From Amoebophrya sp. A120 (taxonomy: Eukaryota; Protista; Dinoflagellata), in the NCBI GenBank assembly GCA_905178155.1, contig CAJINV010000012.1:2134166-2198165 (forward strand): a stretch of 64,000 nucleotides of DNA, given 5' to 3'. Position 1 is the stretch's first letter. Every line of letters begins with the position of its first letter. Made by a program: the position numbers and the translations under genes. Below, piece after piece: positions 39,401-49,702 of this stretch. The notes under the pieces were generated by a model. The model did no database searches. It saw nothing but the letters and a program-made list of their open reading frames with translations, and had not been told where the DNA came from.

Positions 39401-41785
39401 TCATATTGCAAGTGCTTTGTAAATTTCAACTCCTCTTCCTTTTTCGTTTCTACTAAAGTTTTCCAAGCGGCGAAACAAGTTCTTCGTTTCTGGAGCGTTA
39501 TTCTCTGTCGCCCGCTCCACTCACAGCACCGACTGAAAATCGCAAGTTTTTGCGTCTCTAGCAACGTCGCCTGGCTGGACTGGAGTTGCTCTAGCATGGA
39601 GATGCGGGTGTGGGAGATGTTGGGGGTGATGTTGGCTGCTGCTGCTGCACCTGAGCCAGTCGTGCCAGAGAAGGTAGTTGAGGAAGAGATAGGATTTTGA
39701 TCTGCAGCGAGCGTCCTCTGATGCGCAGCTGTAGTTGTACTCGAAATGGCTCCTGCTGGAGGGAGTAATCTGCTCCCACTACTCCTGCTCAAATTGAAAC
39801 TCACGCTCTTGTTGCTAGCACTGGCGCCCCCTCCGGGATGCATTGCGGCCGCTGCGGCAGCGGAGGCTGCGAGCTGTGGCGTCGAGTTGTTTAGGGCGAA
39901 AAAGTTGTTGCTCATGAAATGATGCGATGAAGACGAAGTTGTATTATGTGGACCACCACCTCCGTGGAGGTTCATTGACTCATTCCAGAGAACCATTTCT
40001 GAGTCTGACTCGTTCTCGTCACCAGCGCAGTTATTGTAAGACCCCGAGTTACAACTTCCGTCCCCTGCCGAATCTGCCGGCTGTGAGCAAGAGTTGTCAT
40101 CAGCGGTTCTGGTGCTTTTAGTTATCTCCTGCTTGTTCCGTATGCTTAAGCTTGCGCTGTGGTTTCCCCCGCCATGCCCTTGCCCAGTCAAATAACCCCC
40201 TTGTTGGGAAGTCGAATATCCTGAGTAAAAACGTACCCACACTAGAGTCTGGATGGGGATTTTGCAACACAAACCTAGGAGTTTTGTGAGTCACGCATGA
40301 CAAGTTGCGCTCTGCAGTGTAGTGCAGGTTAGCAAGTGCAGCCGCATCACCAATCCAGCTACTCATCCTGTTCACAGCATCACAAATTCCAAAACACGAC
40401 TGGAAATGGCTCTCATGGGGATGCGCATTACAAGTCTTCCTGTCTTTGCAAATCTGCATTACAACTCTGGTGTGGGTACGTTTTTACTCAGGATATAGAA
40501 AACATCAAGTTGGTTGACTTGCTGCTGGCGCGGGAAGAAGAACTAGGATGCACTATCAAATGTAAAAATGTCTGGGTCTGGGAGAATACGCGATTTGTAA
40601 TGCAGGTTTTCCATGCCCCACGAGGTCTGGAATGCAGGGCCTAGCATGACAGATTCTGCGAGATCTCTATCTTACATGCCTATCCTGCATGAGAAACTCC
40701 TTTTCACCTTGGTCAAAATGCACGGCTTTTGGTACTCATGCAACACAGATAGATTGTTGCATGATCCAGATTTAGCATGACAAACATGCATTCTTCCAGA
40801 CCCAGACATTTTTACATTTGATATGCACCTCCACTGCCCCATTATGCTGTTGATACTGGTCGTGGCTGCCCATGTTGATCTGTGCGTTTCCCGCGGTCGC
40901 GGAGGAGGGGGTGATTATGCTGAGGTTGGCCAAGATATTTGACCTATCCACCGTCTGGTCCTCGCCGGCACTTGTTGTATCGGTCACGTTATGAAATGCA
41001 AAAATGTCTGGGTCTGGAAACTTGTGATGGTAAAATGTGCATGATGAAAACACTTCCGAATGCAGTCCGGCGTGACAACTTCCCAAAACACTTTCTCATA
41101 GGCAATGCGCATGAGAAACTGCGTTTTTGCATGACAAAAGAGGGTGCGACTTTTGTTCGTTATGCAATATTTTCTAGGTATGGAAAGCTCGCATTACAAG
41201 TCCCAACCTTCCAGACCCAGACATTTTTACAATCCATACACGTGTATAGTCGGCAACTGCGGCTGGCTTTGACTATGCGTGACACCAGCTGCTCCACCAG
41301 AGCCTGAAGAAGCTCCAAGCAAACCTGCCATGCCGCCCGAGGCGCTCTGCATCAGCAAACTCTTCCGCAGCATAGCGATCTCCTGCTGCTGTCTACTGTG
41401 CTCGAAGGCGAGGACCTTATTCTGCGAGTGCAGGTATCCTGTGCAAAAGTATCGCGCTCGTATTGCAATCATGCATTACAAATCTTTTTTTCAGTGTAGA
41501 TCCGCATTACAAATTATCTCTCACGCTGGGGAAATCGAAATCTGTCATGCATTTATACGAGTACGATACTTTTGCAGTTCATAGCAGCTTGACCAGGACA
41601 GAAGAGAGCTGCTTCTGTTCGGGCGTGTAGTCGGTAGAACCACGGAGCGGGTTGGGTTGCGAACTGCGGACATTTGCACCACCGTCTTCGGCTGGCGCAA
41701 GCGAGCCATCCACGCCCATGCTCATCTCCGGAACCGGGTCGAGGACTTTCATTCCCGGGGTTGCTGTGACGGGCGGGTGTAACAT
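33461..41785 (-). CDS. Very large coiled-coil protein with Sfi1-like F/L-x-x-W repeats and Ser/Arg-rich tail
   Basis: Frame continuous across 12 introners and one GT-AG intron (35673-35850); repeats CFAAWK, QAFHSWK, CMRSWG, SFLAWK, RFLTGWY. Confidence 0.75.
35090..35341. mobile_element. Introner family A
   Basis: TIRs; DR AACTG. Confidence 0.9.
35907..36172. mobile_element. Introner family A
   Basis: TIRs; DR TCTCG. Confidence 0.9.
36338..36592. mobile_element. Introner family A (right end GTA variant)
   Basis: TIRs; DR ACTTT; close relative of 55960. Confidence 0.9.
36756..37017. mobile_element. Introner family A
   Basis: TIRs; DR TCACA. Confidence 0.9.
37106..37261. mobile_element. Introner family D
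   Basis: TIRs; DR TTGAA/TTGAC. Confidence 0.85.
37369..37529. mobile_element. Introner family F
   Basis: TIRs; DR TCCGA. Confidence 0.9.
38469..38633. mobile_element. Introner singleton family H
   Basis: TIR TATCACARGAAAAAGTGT..AACGTTAA; DR ACACC/ACATC; frame LEM-SMKD restored. Confidence 0.85.
39249..39405. mobile_element. Introner family D
   Basis: TIRs; DR TTGCA. Confidence 0.9.
40217..40495. mobile_element. Introner family C
   Basis: TIRs; DR TCGAA/TAGAA. Confidence 0.9.
40554..40823. mobile_element. Introner family A
   Basis: TIRs; DR TGCAC. Confidence 0.9.
40990..41238. mobile_element. Introner family A
   Basis: TIRs; DR CACGT. Confidence 0.9.
41435..41583. mobile_element. Introner family D
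   Basis: TIRs; DR GCAGG/GCAGC. Confidence 0.9.
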
Positions 41786-42770
41786 TTTTTTCTCAAAGAA
41801 CGGCCACTGTTGCTCACATACACATCCATGTGGAGAGCTCAATTCTGTCGCGCTTTCCGCACATACCAGCCTAGTACTGCTTCCAAGAACTAAAAGAACC
41901 TTGATATTCGACGGTATCGCATCGAAGAAAGCACGCGTGCCTCGTCCTCATTCAACCTTGCGAAAAAGTCCAACTGAAAATCACGTATGAATCAACAAGA
42001 TCTTCACTTACATCTCTCGACAGGGGCAAAAGCGTCACGCTTGTTCAATCTAAAACGCATCCAACACTCTGCAGCAGCTCCAGGAGCGACTACTAGTCGT
42101 CTTATTATATATTTATCTAGTTTCATCTTCTTAGAAATGCACGTATACGCGCGTGCCGGGCAGGGAGAAAACGAAGATGGGCGACCATATCAGCACATGC
42201 ACACATCAAAGTGACAACTAAGGTGGACAAAATGATCGTACCGACCTTGATGTCGGATAAAAAGCAACTCCGCTTGAGGAGTCGAGGGAAGCCAGGAGCA
42301 CCACAATTGTTAAAAATCAGAAGCTACTTCGTCGATGTCCACGGTAGAAAAGTTTCTGCAATGTTCGGTTTCTTGTCTGAGGCACCACCACAAGCTCAAG
42401 CTAACCATGCCGTTGCCGACAGATGAAAAGTGTGTTGAAGACTGTTTCGCAGAAGGTTGAAAACGGAAGAAAACTGGAAAAAAATCCCTGTTGTAGGAAT
42501 TCAAGCCCAAATATAAAATACTTAAAATTATCTAACTCTTCCTATGCTTTGAAACCAGAAATCTTCTTGCTCGGCACTGAAAACCACGATTATTTTTCAC
42601 CAGTTCGAGTTTGAGTGGTTTGTTTTGCGTCAGAACTATTTCAATTCTTGCACGCATTTGCTTTTCTTGTTATAACTTCCGTCTTTTTAGTTACAGGTCG
42701 ACTTCGCCCTCCCAGCAACCATTTCGAAAAATCATTCTATCGGCCTAAACGCACGACGTCCACGCATTTC

Positions 42771-45700
42771 TCAGCGTCTCCTTCGCCCCCTGGACCTCGA
42801 CCTGGGCGGCGTCGCAACGCGGTCACGCAGGCCCCGAAACGGCACAGCTCGGTCTTCACGCAGCCTCTCAATTCGGCTAGGGCGGCGCTCTTCCTCCTGA
42901 TGTTCGCGGCTGTTTTGTTAATGCGGTGCAGCTTCTTCTTGTCTGCTCGTGCAAGTAGTAGACACAGGATGCGCATGCGCGATAGGGGTTTTTCTTTCTA
43001 TTTTCACTCTATGTGAAAAATTACTCGATACAAAAAGAAATGCACCTCTACACGACGACACACACAAACAAGTAAAGCCATAAACAGCACGAACAAAAAT
43101 AGTACTCCACTCTCCCTCGAAGCGTAGCTCGTCTCGCTTGCCTTGATTTTTCCAGCTGTTCTGCGATTCTCTGCATCTCACCCGGCCGTTTCCGCCGATC
43201 CTCGGCAACCTCACAGGAAATAACATGACCCTTCAGCTTAGCACCGTCCAGTTCGTTAATGGCCGTTTCCGCACTGTCTTTGTTGCAAAACTTGACGTAT
43301 CCCGTGCAAAAGTATCGCACTCGTAGTAATCGCAATCATGCATTACAAATCTCCCTCTTAACCGAAATCCGCATTACAAATTCCATTTTTCGTGCTGAGG
43401 AAATTTGTCATGCGATTTATACTAGTAGGATGCTTTTCCTTTTGCATTGCATATGACATACGCAAAACCCTTGGGCTCCTTCGTGGAGTAGTCGAGCGGA
43501 ATGTATATCAAATGCAAAACTATCGTACTCGTACAAATGCAAGTCCTGCATTACAAATCTTGTTTCCAAGGCACATCTGCATTACAAATTTTATTTCCCA
43601 TGCTGAGGAAATTTGTAATGAATTTATACGAGTACGATACTTTTGCACAGGATAATGTACCTGGGATGTGGATGTGGCTTCGGGTTTGTTCAACGAATTT
43701 GCAATGTATAAACGCACAATAACACAACTTTCAATCGCTAATTGGGAACAAGCGCCGTGTTAAAGATAAGCAAAGCAGTAGTACACATCACGCAGCTTGC
43801 CATATCGTTCGAATTTTTCTGTCAAATCGTCCTGCAGACGGGGCATCTTCACGTTCGTGGGTAGGTGGCGCACCTGAGTGAAGTATCATGATTTCGTGTT
43901 GAAAAAAATATACAGAACTTTCGACTTCGGAACATCGCATCATGATATTTCTATTTGCGCATGACAAGCAAAGTGTACACCAATAACTTCTTGAGTGAAA
44001 CATTTTTCCTCTTGTACTTCCTTACCAGCACCGACAAGTAGTTCCTCCCTTCGTCGGCCGAGGCAGATTTTGGCCTGTTCCCCTTCGGAGATATGAAAGT
44101 GGACAATGAGCTGCAATTCCCGCTTTCCCTCTTCTATTGTGCACACTCGCCGCCCCACACGACGCTGGCTAGTAGCTGCTATGGTCTTTATCTGTAATCT
44201 GTGCTGATAGTGTGCCGTTTTAGAATGCGACCCTTCGGATGAAGTAGCCCAAACGACACTACTGCTTACAATCCGGGGACGAACTTGTCATGCGAAAACA
44301 GAATTTTTTACAATGCTCGCGTTGCTAGATGACATGCACTTCGAATGAGGAAGGAAGAGTTTGCTCTATTGCTTATCTACTATCATACGTGGCACTACAT
44401 CCGCTCCGTGGCGGCGTGGTCGGTCTGGCCACGAGGGTCCAGGCCGGGAGAGGTCGGACTTCCTATGCATTGCAAAAGCGTCGCACTTGTATAAATTGCA
44501 TTAGAAATTTGCTCAGCATGAGAACTGGAATTTGTCATGCTGTTTTACCTTAACCTTAAGGACAAGACTTGTCATGCATAACTGTAATTAGTACGAGCAC
44601 GATAGTACTTTTCCACTGCATACTTCCCGGAGCGCTGCGAGCGAGATCTGGTCCGGCTGACACTGCGATAATTGTTCTTCTTTTTCTTGCTCTCTAAATT
44701 CGTTTTGACGTCGATGCCTCGATTTTTACTGTCACTGCGACCACGAGTGCGGCTAGTCGTGCCCCTCTTTCGTGTAAAAATCTCCCGCTGTGTCGGCGGT
44801 CGTGGTACCACCGCAATGGTTTTCCGTTTGGCTGCAGTACGTCGCACCAGTGGGGGAGATAAAGGAGGCTTAGTGCCACTTTTTCCACGAAGACGAACAC
44901 CACGACCCGTCTCCCGATCAACATTTCTTTCCGAACAGTCGCTCTTTCTCGACTGCGCCCGACTGCGACTCCGACTGTCCTTTTTCGCAAATTTTCTGCC
45001 CCGAGCAGCGGTGTTTTTGATGATGTTGCTTTCGTAGTTGTTGTCTAACGTCTCAGAGTTGTTGTACCTGTTGGTGTTCTTATTTCCCGGAAAATCACGC
45101 GGATCGACAGGTGGTTTTCGGCTCGCATCTTGATCTTCCTCATTCTTTTTAATCACCGGCGTCCGACAGTCTCCGAAAAACAGCGGGGGGCTGTCCGGCT
45201 CTTCCAGCAGAATGTTTCCAGAGAAAATTGGCGGACTATCCTGAAAGGAGCTGCTTTTCCCTCGCTTGGCGCGGGCGGGAGAAGGAGTGCGAGGGGGAAC
45301 TAGTACAGGAGGGGCAACTACAACAGCACTCGTTCTACCACTCGGCTTGGTGTTGTTGTTCTGCTGTTGTTTCTCTTCCTCTTTACCACTCCGGAAATCG
45401 ACGTCGTTGTTCTTTCTCGTCCGGGGTCTTCGTTGCTGGGACTGGGAGGGAGAGGGAGCAGCTGCTCGATTGGTTGACGACGTGTTGGGATTCGGATTGT
45501 TGTTTTGGTCGTCGTGGTTATTTTGGTTATTTTCCTTTTCCTTTATCTCCTGCCCGACTTGCTTTGTTTCCTTTTGTTCCGCAGACCGGGATGATGAGGT
45601 GGGAGCAGACTCTCCAGAGGACTCATCTTCACTCTCGCTAGTACTGGAGGCCAGTTCCAGTACCCGTGGCTTTTTCACAATGTTGTTGGAGGCAGATTTA

Positions 45701-47186
45701 TTCTGGATGTGGTTGTGCTTGTTCTCATCTCTGATGTCACCTCGTGCTCCGTACAGTGCGTTTTTGATCTTTTCTTTGATACCACCAGCAGCAACTCCAT
45801 TGCCATTCGTCTTAATATCGCTTGTTCGACGTCTTTGGTCAGCAACTACACGTCGGCCAACATCTTCGTCACTCTCTTCAAGGCTGTAGCTACGCTTCTT
45901 GTTGACCGCAGCTGAGGTAGTAGTTCTTCTCGACGTTGTGACGGTTGTACTTGCTTTATTTTTCCTGGTAGGACGATCTTCATCTTCCACAGCTTTATTC
46001 GTGATCTTGGTATAATTCAAATTTCTGCCGTCCTGCTTCGTGACGACCTGCCGCCGGGACCGCGGCGGAGTGCGGCTTTTGCTTTCGCTATATTCCGAAT
46101 CATGACCGCGACCCCGCTTGCGAAGTTGTACAGTTGCTTGCTGTCGCTTGCGGTCTTCCTGGTTCTTCTTGCTTCTACCATTTTTTCCGCCTTCATCTAG
46201 TACTTCATTGTCGATGGAAAAGCGCCGGCGCGCGACCCCGGTTTGATGCGACGTCTTAGTTGTTTTAGTATTAGTTTCCTGCAGTATCGTGAGAAAAAAG
46301 TGTTACAGTTACACATTTGTTGGAGTTTCTGCATCACAAATTTTCTCTGTGTGACAGAGAAAACTTGTAATGCGAAGATCATAAGGGAAAACAGGAAGGA
46401 AACGCGGCTCCTAAGCATATCCTGCATGAGAAAGGTTGTCTGTGTTGCCGGTCTTGCAACACAATGTGTAACTGTAACACTTTTTTCTTGCGATATGCAG
46501 CTTCTTCACGATAGTCTTCGCCAAATCGTTCTTGTTTCTGTTGTATCCCGTGCAAAAGTATCGTACTTCATGCATTACAAATTTTTTTCTGAAAGCAAAT
46601 CTGCATTACAAAGTTTTTTTGCCATGCTGAGGAAATTTGTAATGCATTTATACGAATACGATACTTTTGCACAGGATATGTTGTTCGCAGCTCGATCTTT
46701 ATCGCCACGCGTGTTTCCCCGGGCAGTAGTAGAATTAATCAAAGCTGGTGAACGAGACCGGGGCCGCCCACGATTATTTCCAGTAGCCTTTTTCCCTTGA
46801 AGATTCTTCGCACCCCGTTTTCCGCTCCTGCTCCTTGAAGAGGACTCTACGCTCCAACTCCTCGCAGGAGCGCGTTTATTTACCGGAGCAAGGCTTGTTT
46901 TCCCGGGCGGCCTCCTGGTGATATTTGTACTTCGATGTCCTTCGTTATCCTTTGCAGCCAGCTTCGCATTAGTAGTCTTCCGCAGAACTATAGGCGAGCG
47001 AGAACGTCGGTTAATATTCTTATTTCTAGAAACGCTTCTGTCTCGCCTCGGTTTGTTCGTGTTCGTTTTCATAGTGGTCCCACCGCGGCGCCCAGGGCTG
47101 CAGCGTTTTGCTGGTCTTCTGACAGCAGGAGAACCTCCTCCGGACGAAGACGAAACAGACTTGTTCCTCCTCCCGCGGGCAACCAT
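42771..47186 (-). CDS. SR-family splicing factor-like protein: long Arg/Ser-rich N-terminus, SRSF10/SCL-type RRM near C-terminus
   Basis: Spliced RRM SVLVRHLP...[29 protein letters not shown]...LDG...VAEDRRKRPGEM; RS dipeptides; 5 introners plus GT-AG introns. The link across 44080-44390 is not fully resolved. Confidence 0.75.
43298..43453. mobile_element. Introner family D (inside RNP1 motif)
   Basis: TIRs; DR TGACG/TGACA; splits GFAYV-KF. Confidence 0.9.
43506..43654. mobile_element. Introner family D
   Basis: TIRs; DR ATGTA. Confidence 0.9.
44464..44622. mobile_element. Introner family D
   Basis: TIRs; DR CTTCC. Confidence 0.85.
46285..46495. mobile_element. Introner family B
   Basis: TIRs; DR TGCAG; very similar to 27968. 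Confidence 0.9.
46544..46678. mobile_element. Introner family D
   Basis: TIRs; DR TGTTG. Confidence 0.9.
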
Positions 47187-48292
47187 CTTGGTTCTTTTTT
47201 AATTTTGTCTTGCAAAAAGAGTGCAACTGTCAAAAATTTTTTTAATTTCAATTTTCTTACAAAAATTGTGCTTGCATATACCTGGGTGCTGAGAGTCAAG
47301 AATCGAAGGTTGCGGGAATTAGGAAAAACTTATTCGAATTAGGGAACAAGGGAAAACTCAAACTACGCATCACTTCGCACCAAAACGGCGAATGAACAAG
47401 AAGCGATTTGCAATTTCTGAAGATGAGAGGACGCAACATTTCAGATTTCTTGACGTCGTATTCGAACTGTCGCAAGATCAACGTGAAACGAAAAAGTGAA
47501 ATAAGGCGCATAGAACCACGCACAAAGAAGATCGTCGACGACGCAAGAATGCAAATCAGCTTTATGTTTTGATGACGCCGACGTTTCCACCCTCAACGAT
47601 TGAAAAGAACTCAGGAACATCGAGATCAACTCAGCCAGATTGGTCGTCCTTCTAAAAAAAGGGCAACAAAAAAGTCGGACTTCTTCGCTTTTTTTTTCCA
47701 GATTTTTTTCAGGGCATCAACATAAAATTTCTACACTAACGCGACCACAAAGACAACTTCTAGTACGTTCATCTATGTCTGTGAGCAGAGCGTTTGCCCA
47801 TACTTTATCGATTTATGCAGGTCATGCAGCAATCGTTTCTTTTGCGATAAAGAAGTCAATTATAATCGTGTTAGGATAGAGTTTTCAGTGTAGGTGTTTT
47901 CGTTGGGTACACCTGATTCCGAGATAGAATCAAATGACCAACCATTTTTTTTTCGGGTTGATACAGCAGGCAAGTAGGACTGGGTAAGTAAAAATAGCAA
48001 TTCGGTGAAGAAGATGATCACAACGTCGATTGTGCTCCTGCTGTTAGAGCAGCAGGATGATCCAGTTAAGTCCAGGCCATCTCGTCAGTATTCTCAAATA
48101 AACCAAAGAAGTTTCTTCGAAAACATCACAAATGCAGACGTAGTTGTTTTCAACAGCAGTAGCAGCAGCCGTAGCACGTTCCGTCCTGAAAAAGATTGTT
48201 CGACCAATCTTTCCAAGCCGTGGTCACCATCGACGATTGCTTCTCCACCATGATGTTCTTCGTCTTCAGATTATAAAAAAGCCCTTCTCCTC

Positions 48293-48759
48293 TTACTTCG
48301 GATTGCGCACGACGTTGATGATGCTGTCCCCCCGCAAAAACATCTTCTGGATGTAGCGGTCCTTGTTGATCGGCTTGCCCTTCTTGCTGCCCTTCGGGTG
48401 TTATGCATTGCAAAAGTAAATCGCAGTCGTATATCAAATTGCAGTCATGCATGACAAATGTCTTTTCTGAGCGGAATTAGCATTACAAATCCCACTTTTC
48501 TTTGTTCCTGCCAAAATTTGTGATGCGAAACGTACTAGTGCGATGCTTTTGCGATGCATAGGTGCTCGACCCACATCTCCCGGGCCTGTTCCAGGACCAT
48601 GTTCATGTGACGGTCATAGGCTTTCAGGCGGGCAATGATCTTGCGGGTGGAACGGAGGTTGATCAAAATCTGACCGTTGTCGCGGACCGCTTTTTGCAGT
48701 AAGTCGTACGGACCCGTCGTCGGGTTGTCGCGGGCGTTCTGTTCGGCCACAGCGTCCAT
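48293..48759 (-). CDS. SmD2: Small nuclear ribonucleoprotein Sm D2
   Basis: [47 protein letters not shown] + [29 protein letters not shown]; two exons separated by introner 48402-48560. Confidence 0.95.
48402..48560. mobile_element. Introner family D in SmD2
   Basis: TIRs; DR GGTGT/GGTGC. Confidence 0.9.
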
Positions 48760-49702
48760 TTTCGGCTCGGTTTTGGTGTGACACGGGTAGTTTAGTCGAA
48801 CAATCAAAGTCAATGGAGACGATCCTACAGTGAGACAATTGACGCAAATCCAAATTCTAGAAAAAACAAGGACACGAGAAGATCATGCTCTTGTAGAATC
48901 TAAAACACCGCTGTAGGAAATTAGGAGATCGAGATGGTGCAATGATTGGCAACCCCGCGGTCAAAAAGTTAAGTATTATCGGCGCATGCAATGAACAAGA
49001 AATGGAAAAAATCAAAATTTCAAAAGAGGGATCGGAGGATTCACATGTGCAACTACAAGGGTCTTCGTGATTGTCAATTTGTTGAGACAAGATCACTTGA
49101 TGTTGTGCTTAACCGTTCTGATCCGATAGCTTCAACACTTCTAACATTGATTGAAGCAAAAAAGTAGCTGCAGAAAGACTTCTCTGAGCTTTTGCTTTAC
49201 TTTGTCTCTGAAAATTTGTGATGATCTTGATCCAATGGCCTGCAGCGTCTGCTGTCAAGTATTAGTTCTAAAAAGTCGTAGATCGGTGAAGAGCTCCTCT
49301 ATGAAGCAAGTTTAGAACAAAATTCATGACGAAATTATGCAAAAAGTTCTTGTTATCAAAGCCCCGTAGTTCTCGTCAGCGCAGAAACTACATGTGCAAA
49401 CTTGATTTCTCCTTTCAGGATCAAATTTTTCAAAGCATCGTAGATTCACCGCTTCCATTCAAACAGTCGCTAAACAAGTCAAGATCAAAGTCATCAAGAA
49501 GTTCAAGAGCCCTATCTGTAATATCGAAAAAAAGCGCAACTACGCTGCAGCAACAGCATCTACCATTTGAGCAGATAAATTAACACGTTTAATATCGTCT
49601 TTAGGTTTCAGGTTTAGTTTGGACAGCGACAGGTCCGTTTTATTTTACAAGAACACGCACCTCGTAATTCACTATCACGCTTTGCACAAGAGCTACTAGT
49701 TC

